Source of the DNA: Candidatus Woesebacteria bacterium RIFCSPHIGHO2_02_FULL_42_20 | Lineage (GTDB): Bacteria > Patescibacteriota > Microgenomatia > UBA8517 | DNA length: 64,000 bases | Reading direction: 5' to 3' | Assembly (NCBI GenBank): GCA_001792535.1 | Contig: MGGS01000008.1 | Span: 11,016 to 75,015 of the forward strand | Shown: positions 27,950 through 37,060 of the stretch, in pieces | Position numbering within the stretch: position 1 is the stretch's first letter | Layout: each line of letters begins with the position of its first letter | Translations under genes and position numbers: made by a program | The notes under the pieces: generated by a model | Database searches by the model: none | What the model was told of the DNA's origin: nothing | What the model saw: the letters and a program-made list of their open reading frames with translations, nothing else

Positions 27950-28819
27950 ATGCCGCAAACCGAAAGACGTCAATTTACACATAGAGATGCTTTAAAACTC
28001 GTGGGAACTGCGACATTAGGTTTGATAGCAGGTAAGGTTTTAACGGAAGCCGCAGTACCAGTTATCAGAAGAATTGTAATTACCGAGTTCGAACCCGACA
28101 GCTGTGAAGGTTGTGCCACAGGAGGTAGCTATGAAGAATTAATGAGGGTTTACCCTGGTCTTAGAAATAAACCAGTAAGAATGCAGGAAATATCAACAGG
28201 ATATTCGCAATCGACGGTTTATAATGCAGCAGGAATGAAATTTAACCATCAACAAGCTATAGAGTTAATAGGTTTCTATGAACAACTCGCCATGTCAGGA
28301 ACCCGACTAGACTTAATTACCCCTTCTAAGGAAGCTGCACAATTGACTCTCGAACCTACAAAATTCAAACGGCATACCTTTTTTGTTGTAGAGAGAGCTG
28401 ATGCAATAAACACTCCTAGCGACTACGCTATAGGCCCAGGTGCTGGAGTTCACACATGGTTTAATATTGGCAATGGATCAACCCAAACGACAATTCCGAT
28501 TGACAGAGGCATGCCGGTTGATGACCCTTACGGCATGAAATATAGGACTGCAATTGAAAAAGCGAACGCGATGTTTGCAGTCGGGACTTGTGATGCGGTT
28601 ATAAATCCGTTTGATCCTAATCACGAAACGGATATTGTTTTATATGCATATTTATGCTCAATTATAGGAAGAAGAGTGATATATAGCGACGTAAAAACAC
28701 GTTTCGGAGTTGATACTTTTTTAACCCTAGACCGTTACATTCCAAAATCTGATCCAAATAGATGGGATCGCGTATTTCAAGGTCAGCCAGGCAGAGGTTA
28801 TGTATTTAGCGAAAAATAA
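27950..28819 (+). CDS. Secreted hypothetical protein with a twin-arginine-like signal peptide
   Basis: ERRQFTHRDALKLVGTATLGLIAG resembles a Tat signal (RRxF.K + h-region). The mature part contains a CEGC pair. Confidence 0.5.
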   Translation: MPQTERRQFTHRDALKLVGTATLGLIAGKVLTEAAVPVIRRIVITEFEPDSCEGCATGGSYEELMRVYPGLRNKPVRMQEISTGYSQSTVYNAAGMKFNHQQAIELIGFYEQLAMSGTRLDLITPSKEAAQLTLEPTKFKRHTFFVVERADAINTPSDYAIGPGAGVHTWFNIGNGSTQTTIPIDRGMPVDDPYGMKYRTAIEKANAMFAVGTCDAVINPFDPNHETDIVLYAYLCSIIGRRVIYSDVKTRFGVDTFLTLDRYIPKSDPNRWDRVFQGQPGRGYVFSEK

Positions 28820-29033
28820 TCTTCTTCAACCCGTACACCTTCCGGGTGTCCTAACTCCACGAGTCTTATCATGATGTTTTTTTGCACGACTGTGAGTTTT
28901 TCATCAATATCAAAGTTCTATCTTCTCCTGAACCACAATCCGCTAGTCAAAGTCCCGGGTTAGTTTGTATATCAAGATTAAAGAGCTTATACTTGCCTAT
29001 AATAATATGGTCGACAAATTACCTGAGTCGCCA

Positions 29034-29744
29034 ATGAGTAGAAGACGTTTTGGCATACTGGCTGCGGTGACAGCTGTCGGATTCCTGCCTAGAATAGAAG
29101 TTCCAACACAAGAGTTGCCCCCAATGAGACTGGTAGATGGAATTTACACTTATGCGACTGAAGCCGACCCTATTTCCTCAGATAATGACTACGCAGCTTT
29201 TGTGGCTCACCTTAATCAGGAATTTAAAGCGGGAAGATCTCCGGAAACCGGCGCACCCGCCGAGATGAGGCAAGGTCCATATTATGGCACATTAATTCTT
29301 TATGCAAGAGATGCGGTCGGAATTCAAGAAGGAACGGGAATGACACCTCAGGCATTTTATGCAAACGAGATAAAAGAATTTAATTTAAAATTAGCGCCCG
29401 AATTTCCTTTCGTAATAAGAAGAGCCGTCTGGCTGGATCCGAGTGTCTGGGTCGAAAGGTCTGTTCACACAGGTTATTTATCGGGAGCGCCAGTTTTAGC
29501 CGACAGCGACGGACTCGACGGGGCCTGGTACTCTAAGGTCGGATATTACCCACCCGGCTCATCCTATTACATAAAGCCCGTTGATTGGGGGGACGGACAC
29601 GAAAAAGAACATGTTTGGACACACCTACCTGATAGATTTGCCGTCGGATTTTGGATACCAAGCCCGCAAAATCTAGCTTTGTATTTGCAAAGAGCAGTCT
29701 TGGAACCTTTGGGTAAAATTCCGCCCTGGGTCACACGAGGTTAG
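29034..29744 (+). CDS. Secreted hypothetical protein with a twin-arginine-like signal peptide
   Basis: MSRRRFGILAAVTAVGFLP. Start placed at the internal ATG; the track ORF begins at an upstream TTG. Confidence 0.5.
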   Translation: MSRRRFGILAAVTAVGFLPRIEVPTQELPPMRLVDGIYTYATEADPISSDNDYAAFVAHLNQEFKAGRSPETGAPAEMRQGPYYGTLILYARDAVGIQEGTGMTPQAFYANEIKEFNLKLAPEFPFVIRRAVWLDPSVWVERSVHTGYLSGAPVLADSDGLDGAWYSKVGYYPPGSSYYIKPVDWGDGHEKEHVWTHLPDRFAVGFWIPSPQNLALYLQRAVLEPLGKIPPWVTRG

Positions 29745-29856
29745 AATTTTCAAAGTTGCAAAATTTTGGTAAAATCTGAAGCTAGAAACGTTCGACTCAA
29801 GCTTGGGTAATGAGGAACCTAAGGTTTTTATTTGCACAATAAGGAATAAACTTTAA

Positions 29857-30537
29857 TTGATGCGAGGCCAAAATAAATTAATTGATTTCTTTTTAAGAAG
29901 TCTATCAAAGGTAGATTTACTATTGATTACCTACTTAATATTTCTACTTTTTCTGTCAAATATAAAGTCAATTTATAACTCGATACCTTCAATATTTTCC
30001 GTGTTTATAAATTTCGACTATCTCAGAAATATAGATTCAGCATTCGGCTTTGTAGTTGGTGCCATTCTATTAATTTCCGTTCCGCCTATGTATTTACTGG
30101 GTCTGAGAGCACTGTTATCTAACGACGACATAAATACGCTGGAAATTTTAAGTCCGATGTATCATCTTATATTAATCGTTTTATCCACCATTGTACTATT
30201 CCAAGATTACTTCTCAAAAACTGTACTAATGGAGGGTGTTCTTAAAAATATGGGTGTTTATCTTAGCCTTGCAAATTCCATTTTGTTTCTATTGATTTTG
30301 ATATATTTATCCAACCACAACACCGAAAATTATAAAAAATACATCGAGAAATATTATTTTGAGAGAAATTGGAAATTATTATCATTATTGGGTATGATTA
30401 TACTAACAGTTTTATATTTTATTTTACTCGACGCATTAGGAACCATTAAGTCGGCAGTTACGGCTTACTTTATAACAATATTAGTGGTTGAGATTATAAG
30501 ATCAGTTTTGAGTAAAGTTCCATTTACAAAAAGCTAA
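29857..30537 (+). CDS. Polytopic membrane hypothetical protein, strongly AT-rich compositional outlier
   Basis: Six to seven hydrophobic helices. The 29.75-30.7 kb region is clearly more AT-rich than the flanking genes. Confidence 0.45.
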   Translation: MMRGQNKLIDFFLRSLSKVDLLLITYLIFLLFLSNIKSIYNSIPSIFSVFINFDYLRNIDSAFGFVVGAILLISVPPMYLLGLRALLSNDDINTLEILSPMYHLILIVLSTIVLFQDYFSKTVLMEGVLKNMGVYLSLANSILFLLILIYLSNHNTENYKKYIEKYYFERNWKLLSLLGMIILTVLYFILLDALGTIKSAVTAYFITILVVEIIRSVLSKVPFTKS

Positions 30538-30739
30538 TAAACAAGCAAATCTCGGACTTAGTTAGAATAAAGGGCTGAATTTATTAGAAGCTTCTTTCAA
30601 TTCCTTCATCGCAGCCACGAATTGACTAATTTGCGAGTTCGAAATAAAATAAATTTGGGTCACAAATTATCTGAAAGATCCCAGATTACTTTACAAGCCT
30701 TGACATGAACCCCAATAGTTGCAATGATCAATAGTAAGA

Positions 30740-32833
30740 TTGAAGGACTACATGGGTAGTGTAAATAAGCCTAAAAATTTCCATGATTTTACCGCGCTGT
30801 TGAGTTTGGCGGCTATAGTACTGGCGATTTTTGTGGGGGTAAACGGTTATTTGGTTTCTCCTTCACAAAAAACAGTTATACCAAAAGCAAAAGCTGCTCA
30901 ATCTGCCAAAACTCCATTCAAATTTATGAGTGGCGTGAGTCGGGCTCGTGCACCGGACTTGCGGGTCAATCCTGTACCCCCGGCAACGCGGCAGTATCTG
31001 GAAGGGTTGGCCAGGAATTACGACCTGATATTTCCCTTGAGGGCTACATGGGAGCAGGACGGAACAAAGACATACGCTACATGGGTATACCCGATCCTCA
31101 AAAACCTCAACCCGGATATTTATCTTCAAGAATATGCCAACCCGAGGAACTGGGGAGGAAATGTTTTTGAGCAAGAGGAGATCCCGGAATTGTGGTACTT
31201 GCATGATCCCGTCAGTTCAAACAGGATAGAAGATCGAGTAGTAACTTTTTGGTGGACTATTAATCCCGATGTGAACGCCCATAACGAATGGGTGTATGAC
31301 ATGGGGAATGTAAATTTCAGGAACTTCTTTGCCCAAAAAGTTGTATTTGCCCTCCAACAGGGGTTAGACGGACTGTGGATGGATAACGCAGGACCTCCGT
31401 CAGGTGATGATAAGTATGTTATGCCCATCAAACGCTTTCGGGATGGAGTGGTCATGAACCCGCTAAATCCCCGCACCGGGAAGACATACACCGTACTTGA
31501 ACAATACCAGGAGTATCTGGCAATGGCACAGACGGTGAGAACTGCGGTTGACCAAGCATTTCCCAGCGGATTGTCGAAGAACGGATTGCCAATTCTCCTT
31601 CAACCGAACGTGGGCTCGGGGATAAGTGACTTGGAGTGGAACGTAGTTGAACAATATAAAGCGGTGTTGTCAGAAGGAGGGGGTTGGTTTGCTCATTCAG
31701 ATATGGCCACATATTCACAAGCGCGCTGGAATCGGGATGTGGACACGACAGCGGAGGTAATGCGGCGAAAACTACCGATGGTGTATTTGGGTAAGGCATG
31801 GGGTGATAGCCAACCATGGCCGGGTACCAGCCGGTTGATGTTTGCATACGCAAGCGCTTTGCTGGCAGCCGGTGCTCCCGGAGATCAGTTTTATTTTCGC
31901 CATGCTTCGGGAGAGTATGAAGCATGGCCGGGATTTAATGTAGATATCGGTTATGCTAAAGGAAATTATTTTCAGTGGCCGGGGACAAATAATGTGTTCG
32001 CAAGATGGTTTGATAGAGCATTGGTACTGGTGAATCCATCGGCAACAGCGGAAACGCTGAATCCCGGTTTGACATACCAACCTTTTGTGGATTATTCAGA
32101 CAGAAACGGGGGTGGAGGACTGGACTGGAGGGGATTGGGTGCAGAGACGGCCGCGTCACTGACGATTCGGGGTTACGAGGCGGCGATTTTGGTAACAGAT
32201 CAATCTCCAGTTTTCTTGCCTACTCCTAGGCCAACCGCTCCCGCTACTCCCGCTCCCACTCCAACCCCTCTTAATTATGACTTTGATGTTCAGTGTTTCT
32301 CATACGAACCGGGGAGCTGTACTGCTCCCAATGAAAATGAGCCTTGTCCACCCTGTTGGGAGCGGGAAGGAAGTTGCCCTGGGACTCTTTCAATGGGCCA
32401 ACAGTGCAGAGACTTCCGGTTTACTTGTAGACATATACCCGGTTGTGTAGCTCCTACACCGGAAATCGGAGTAAAAGCCTTTGGAGCACCCAAAGCAACC
32501 TCTCCAGCTTTATATTGTGATGCATCGGGCAATCCTACTACAAACCCAACAGGCCTCCTTTATACCGCACTGGGGTGCATTGATTTTGGAAGCCCGGGTG
32601 GAGTAGGAGTAGCAATAACTATGCTTAGAGCGGGAGCATCGATAGTAGGCGGAATTGCCTTCCTTCTCATCATCTTTGGCGGATTTAAAGTAATGACTTC
32701 ACAAAACGATCCCGAACGCCTGCAGTCAGGCAAAAATGTAATATCTGCGGCCGTCATCGGCTTAGCCTTCGTCCTCTTTTCAGTCATCATCCTTAAAGTA
32801 ATTGGAGTAGATGTGCTTGGATTGGGGTTATAA
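30740..32833 (+). CDS. Large surface protein: N-terminal TM anchor, ~450-aa putative (beta/alpha)-barrel polysaccharide-hydrolase-like domain, Pro/Thr linker, Cys-rich module, C-terminal two-helix membrane tail (conjugative/T4SS-pilin-like)
   Basis: GLDGLWMDNAGPP-type segment, PTPRPTAPATPAPTPTP linker, a 12-Cys block (CFSYEPGSCTAPNENEPCPPCWEREGSCPG...) and a terminal two-helix hydrophobic tail. Domain assignments are tentative. Confidence 0.55.
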   Translation: MKDYMGSVNKPKNFHDFTALLSLAAIVLAIFVGVNGYLVSPSQKTVIPKAKAAQSAKTPFKFMSGVSRARAPDLRVNPVPPATRQYLEGLARNYDLIFPLRATWEQDGTKTYATWVYPILKNLNPDIYLQEYANPRNWGGNVFEQEEIPELWYLHDPVSSNRIEDRVVTFWWTINPDVNAHNEWVYDMGNVNFRNFFAQKVVFALQQGLDGLWMDNAGPPSGDDKYVMPIKRFRDGVVMNPLNPRTGKTYTVLEQYQEYLAMAQTVRTAVDQAFPSGLSKNGLPILLQPNVGSGISDLEWNVVEQYKAVLSEGGGWFAHSDMATYSQARWNRDVDTTAEVMRRKLPMVYLGKAWGDSQPWPGTSRLMFAYASALLAAGAPGDQFYFRHASGEYEAWPGFNVDIGYAKGNYFQWPGTNNVFARWFDRALVLVNPSATAETLNPGLTYQPFVDYSDRNGGGGLDWRGLGAETAASLTIRGYEAAILVTDQSPVFLPTPRPTAPATPAPTPTPLNYDFDVQCFSYEPGSCTAPNENEPCPPCWEREGSCPGTLSMGQQCRDFRFTCRHIPGCVAPTPEIGVKAFGAPKATSPALYCDASGNPTTNPTGLLYTALGCIDFGSPGGVGVAITMLRAGASIVGGIAFLLIIFGGFKVMTSQNDPERLQSGKNVISAAVIGLAFVLFSVIILKVIGVDVLGLGL

Positions 32834-33970
32834 CTAAACGTCCCTTTCAACCATATATTGGGCAACGCCGTCGAGGTAGTTAATTGCCTCTTTGTTCCAG
32901 CCCTTTTTGAGCATGTCAGGAATTGCTTTTTGGGCGCGCCTGGCCCAGGATCTTGAAATGTCTCGAGAATAATCAAGTGACCCTGTATCTTTGACAATTT
33001 TTCTGGCCTCCCCGGCCTCGCTTTCGGTTAAATCACGTTTACCCCAAATTTCTTTCAATCTTTTTACCTGGGCGGGTGAACCGTTTTTCAAAGCCTTAAT
33101 GATTAACAGAGTCATTTTTCCTTGGCGGAGATCCGAGTGGGCGGGTTTACCTGTTTTAACGGGGTCACCATAAAGCCCCAAAATATCGTCTTGTAGTTGA
33201 AATGCAATACCACCCGGAATTGCATATTTTGTAAGTATTTTAAGGTCGTTCCCGCTTGCCCCTGAGAGGATTGCGCCAATATGAAGCGGATTTTCATAGG
33301 TATATATTGCGGTCTTGGCCAAATGCAGATCAAAAATGTCCTTTTCTTGTGCTTGGCCTCCGGCTTCCAAAGTTACGTCGAATGCCTGCCCCAACCCCGT
33401 ATTGACAAGTCCTTGAAGGAGTCTGTTTAAGGCAGCAAGTTTCCGGTTTTCCGGGAAGTTGACTTCTCCCAAGATTTGGTGCCCAGCCAAAAGAGCAACG
33501 TCTCCGATGTTAAGTGCCATGCTTTCGCCATAGTGGAGGGGGGCGAATCTATATTTCCTGTCTTGGTGAATTTTTTTGTAATACTCATGGGTTGTGGGTT
33601 TCCCGCGGCGGGTGTCGTCTTGGTCCATAAAATCGTCGTGCATTAGTAGAGCAGTGTGTACTAGTTCAATACACATAGATGCTTTTAAAAGATCTTCTTC
33701 CTTGTCATTTTTAAAAAGTCTGTAACCGTAGTAAACAAATGAGCCCCGAATGCGCTTTGCGGGTCGGAGGTTGTGTTCTTTAATGTGCTTCCAAACATGG
33801 ATTGATAAGTCTCTCTCTTTTTTACTAACCCCAAATGAATTTTTGATTTCGGCGTCGAAGTAACTTTCAAGTTCTTTTTCGATCTTGGTAACAAAGTTTA
33901 TGAGAGTTTCTTTAGCGCGAAGCGCTTTCTCACTTTTGGTTTTGTTGACGACTTGCTCGATTGTGCTCAT
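32834..33970 (-). CDS. Trans-polyprenyl diphosphate synthase (IspA/IspB/GGPPS family)
   Basis: First Asp-rich motif LLMHDDFMDQDDTRRGKPT and second motif LQDDILG...GK, with a conserved Lys/Arg. Confidence 0.85.
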   Translation of the reverse strand: MSTIEQVVNKTKSEKALRAKETLINFVTKIEKELESYFDAEIKNSFGVSKKERDLSIHVWKHIKEHNLRPAKRIRGSFVYYGYRLFKNDKEEDLLKASMCIELVHTALLMHDDFMDQDDTRRGKPTTHEYYKKIHQDRKYRFAPLHYGESMALNIGDVALLAGHQILGEVNFPENRKLAALNRLLQGLVNTGLGQAFDVTLEAGGQAQEKDIFDLHLAKTAIYTYENPLHIGAILSGASGNDLKILTKYAIPGGIAFQLQDDILGLYGDPVKTGKPAHSDLRQGKMTLLIIKALKNGSPAQVKRLKEIWGKRDLTESEAGEARKIVKDTGSLDYSRDISRSWARRAQKAIPDMLKKGWNKEAINYLDGVAQYMVERDV

Positions 33971-34005
33971 GAGGATTAAATTATTCCATAGTCCACTTTC
34001 GCGTA

Positions 34006-34404
34006 TCAGTGAATTAGAAGGTTTCTAAGTTTTGGTGCTTTTTGAAATCGATTGGCCAGGTCTTTTGTGATTATTTCCTCTTTTCCCAATAGGGCCACAA
34101 CGTCAACTGCACTATCTCGCCCGGGAAGTTCCAAGGCCGATGCAATATTCATTGCGATATCAGTACATATTTCAACGGCGGTGTGAAGTCTGTGATTGAC
34201 CAGGTGCTGAATATCGCGGCTTGTTTCGATTTGATTTAGACTACTTTTGTCTAAACATAAAACTCCAATGTCGATGTCACTTTTAGATGACTGGGTCCCT
34301 TTGGAGTAGGAACCAAAAATATAGGCTGCGACAGCATAAGACTCTTTGGCCAGTAAAGTTTCTATCTGTTTAATAACTTTGTGATCAAGCTTAAATTTCA
34401 TCAA
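34006..34404 (-). pseudogene. Chimeric MNT-HepT fusion remnant (N-terminal nucleotidyltransferase antitoxin half + C-terminal half of HepT toxin truncated in the Rx4HxY motif)
   Basis: N-terminal YIFGSYSKGTQSSKSDIDIGVL is the NTase motif. The C-terminal HTAVEICTDIAMNIASAL...RNLLIH aligns with the HepT at 43177 (LQVAIESCIDMVTMVIAAL...GLRNVLVHECVD) but ends before the catalytic Tyr. Confidence 0.55.
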
Positions 34405-34463
34405 TTTAGTATATCATATCAATTGTTTAGTATTGCGCTTTTCTGTTATACTTTTGATACTTA

Positions 34464-35759
34464 GTGATGAAGAAATTTAAAAAAGATCTCTCGCTTCCAA
34501 AGGGAACTGTTATTCCCAATCACATCTCAATCATTTGTGATGGCAATGGCCGCTGGGCCAGATCCCGTGGTCTTCCGGTTGCCCGGGGCCACGAAGCCGG
34601 CGCAAAGGCCCTAAAAGAATTGGTACGCAACTGTAGAGACTTGGGAGTGCACACATTGACTTTGTGGGGTTTCTCGACCGAAAACTGGGGCCGTCCCGAA
34701 GACGAGGTTATACAAATTATGAAACTGGTCAAAAGAACCATAGAGGAGACTTTGGATGAAGCTAAAAAAGAAGGCGTACGGTTCATACATCTGGGTAGAA
34801 AGGACAGAATACCAAAGGAACTATTAAATCTTATAACCAAAGCTGAGAATGAAACCAGAAATAACTCGAGATATGTTTTTAATTTGGCACTTGATTATGG
34901 TGGGCATGACGAGATATTGAGGGCCATCAGGAAGTTAGTTGAAGACGGTGTCAAACCAAAAGATATTGATGAGCAAAAATTCTTGAAATATCTGGATACC
35001 GGTGATCAACCCTATCCTTACCCCGATCTTTATATCAGGACTTCAGGGGAACTGAGAACTAGCGGGTTTTTAATTTGGCAAAGCGCATATTCAGAATTTT
35101 ACTTCGAGCAGGACCACCTTCCTGATATCAATATTGATAAACTCAAAGCAGCTATTCTTGATTATTCAAGACGCCGACGACGGTTCGGTAAAAAAGATAA
35201 AGCTATTAGTTTTAAGTTCGACCCTTCAATGGTGGCAAAATTGGAACTTGGTTGGCGGCACGCCCTAGCCATGGGGGAAGGGGATAGATTCAGAGACCTT
35301 GTGGTCCGTTATGTGAGTGAGCACTACGGGCTTTCCAAAGAATTGGCAAAAGTGGCCGGCAAAGCGCTCGCCAAAGCGATTTTGTATGGTGAAAATAAGG
35401 AGTGGGACGAGGCAAAGCGGGCGCTTAAGGGTTTGTATGAAATAGTCAAAAAGACTTTGGGTTTGGCATTTGAACCGGATTTGGTCGCTTCCCTAGAAGT
35501 AAATCTCTGGCGAGTCAATGGCAATGCCAGTGAAACTCAGGAAGGTTTGATGATCGAGGAGCAATACAAACAGCTTTATGCCGAAACATATAGAATTTCC
35601 AATTACCAAATAAGCAAAGCCGCGCACTTAGCAGCATTAGCCACTGCCGAGAGGGACCTTGCCATTAAAGAAACAGGTCTAAAGGCAGAACTTCATTGGG
35701 CCAAATCACAGGATTATACCGAGCGCTTCTATAGAGCTTTGAAGGAGAGAATAGCCTAA
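34464..35759 (+). CDS. uppS: Undecaprenyl-diphosphate synthase (cis-prenyltransferase) with a ~190-aa C-terminal extension of unknown function
   Basis: HISIICDGNGRWA, WGFSTENWGRP and the RTSGE..R.SGFLIWQSAYSEFYF pattern identify UppS. UppS is normally ~250 aa; this ORF is 431 aa with a helical C-terminal domain. Confidence 0.85.
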   Translation: MMKKFKKDLSLPKGTVIPNHISIICDGNGRWARSRGLPVARGHEAGAKALKELVRNCRDLGVHTLTLWGFSTENWGRPEDEVIQIMKLVKRTIEETLDEAKKEGVRFIHLGRKDRIPKELLNLITKAENETRNNSRYVFNLALDYGGHDEILRAIRKLVEDGVKPKDIDEQKFLKYLDTGDQPYPYPDLYIRTSGELRTSGFLIWQSAYSEFYFEQDHLPDINIDKLKAAILDYSRRRRRFGKKDKAISFKFDPSMVAKLELGWRHALAMGEGDRFRDLVVRYVSEHYGLSKELAKVAGKALAKAILYGENKEWDEAKRALKGLYEIVKKTLGLAFEPDLVASLEVNLWRVNGNASETQEGLMIEEQYKQLYAETYRISNYQISKAAHLAALATAERDLAIKETGLKAELHWAKSQDYTERFYRALKERIA

Positions 35760-35773
35760 GCTCAAATTTTTTT

Positions 35774-35808
35774 GCATGTTGACATAACATGCAACACTTT
35801 GTTATCTT
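35774..35808 (+). promoter_or_regulatory. Promoter (TTGACA-18-TATCTT) overlapping a 19-bp palindrome GCATGTTGACATAACATGC, upstream of an Xis-like HTH gene
   Basis: Both the promoter hexamers and the palindrome are read directly from the sequence. Confidence 0.4.
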
Positions 35809-35873
35809 GTGACTGACTAAAGTAAGCCTTTAGCTTCAAGCGTATAACAAAGGTGGTCTAAGTACCAATTAGT

Positions 35874-36083
35874 ATGGCAAATAAGAAAGATCTAAAACTG
35901 GAAAATCTCCCTGATCTTCTCACTGTCCGCGAAGTTGCAGAGTTATTGCGGGTTTCTCCTCTTACCATCAAGCGTTGGGGCAAGCGCGGTAAACTTCCGG
36001 CAATTAGGATTAACTCCCGGGGGGATCGGCGCTACAAAAAAGAGGCGGTGCTGTGGCTTCTGGGGATGCAGAGCAAGGACTAG
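35874..36083 (+). CDS. Excisionase/MerR-like helix-turn-helix DNA-binding protein
   Basis: LLTVREVAELLRVSPLTIKRWGKRGKLPAIRIN...RRYKKEAVLWL matches the HTH_17 / Xis-family pattern. Confidence 0.55.
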   Translation: MANKKDLKLENLPDLLTVREVAELLRVSPLTIKRWGKRGKLPAIRINSRGDRRYKKEAVLWLLGMQSKD

Positions 36084-36145
36084 ACAGGTAACTACCAGTC
36101 TGTAGTATAATTACCCTTAATTTCTGTTGATTTCCTGGCATTACT

Positions 36146-37054
36146 ATGTTGAAAAAGATTGGATTGTTGTTTGCTGCGGTTTTAACCATAAATTCGCTCT
36201 TCGCGGTCAAACCGCAGTTTGTTCACGCGGCTAGTGCCTTGCCAACTATTTCGTCATCACCCTCTCCCATTCCGTCGCCCCAACCTACTTCCGTACCGAC
36301 TCCGGTGCTCAGAGCTGATTTAACCCAAAAGTCCGAAGAAACCTCAGGGCACTTAGAGAGGCTTTTGGAAGAACAAGTTTTGGGTCCTGTCTGGCCGGTA
36401 AATCCTCTCAAATACGCTATTCGTGCATCAATTGCCTCGGGTGTACCGGCAAATACAATAGTTTTACTTTTGCTTTTGCCGGTAATTGCCTTTGTCATTG
36501 CCGCCTCTCGGCACATTGTGGGGCTTCGGGGTTTCGGTATATTTCTTCCCGCGGCTCTGTCTGTTGTGTTTGTGGCTTTGGGGCCGATTATCGGTATAGG
36601 TTTATTTTTATTAATTGTTCTTTTGTCTACGACCACTCGGTTAGCTCTAAGAAAGTTTAAAATTCAGCTTCAGTACCTTCCCCGAATGGCTCTTATTCTC
36701 TGGTCGGTGGTTGTGGGAGTGTTGGGAATGCTTTTCTTGTCCCCTTTCCTGGGCGGCTTTGTTTTTGGAAACATTTCAATCTTTCCGGTTTTAATTCTTG
36801 CCCTTTTGGCCGAAGACTTTACCAAGACCCAAATAGGCAAGAGTGCCAAGACAGCTATAAACTTAACAACCGAGACTCTGATTTTGGCCCTTATGTCCTA
36901 TATCTTATTGACTTTAAAGACGATACAGGAATTTGCACTTCTTAATCCTGAAGTACTTCTGCTTTTAACTGCCGCAGGTGACGTACTTTTGGGCCGGTAT
37001 ATTGGACTTAGACTTAGAGAACTTTGGCGGTTTCGAAAGCTTTTTAAAAATTAA
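36146..37054 (+). CDS. Seven-TM membrane protein (signal peptide + Pro/Ser-rich spacer + 7 helices), first gene of the ATP-grasp operon
   Basis: N-terminal signal, a PSPIPSPQPTSVPTP stretch, then seven hydrophobic helices. It lies 6 bp upstream of the first ATP-grasp gene. Confidence 0.5.
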   Translation: MLKKIGLLFAAVLTINSLFAVKPQFVHAASALPTISSSPSPIPSPQPTSVPTPVLRADLTQKSEETSGHLERLLEEQVLGPVWPVNPLKYAIRASIASGVPANTIVLLLLLPVIAFVIAASRHIVGLRGFGIFLPAALSVVFVALGPIIGIGLFLLIVLLSTTTRLALRKFKIQLQYLPRMALILWSVVVGVLGMLFLSPFLGGFVFGNISIFPVLILALLAEDFTKTQIGKSAKTAINLTTETLILALMSYILLTLKTIQEFALLNPEVLLLLTAAGDVLLGRYIGLRLRELWRFRKLFKN

Positions 37055-37060
37055 CGTTTT

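Noticed and set aside
27564-30710. Shared promoter motif CTTGACATG upstream of 27950 and 30740 loci
   Set aside because: The -35 hexamer is clear at both sites, but no convincing -10 at correct spacing could be confirmed. It is mentioned only as a weak observation inside another finding.
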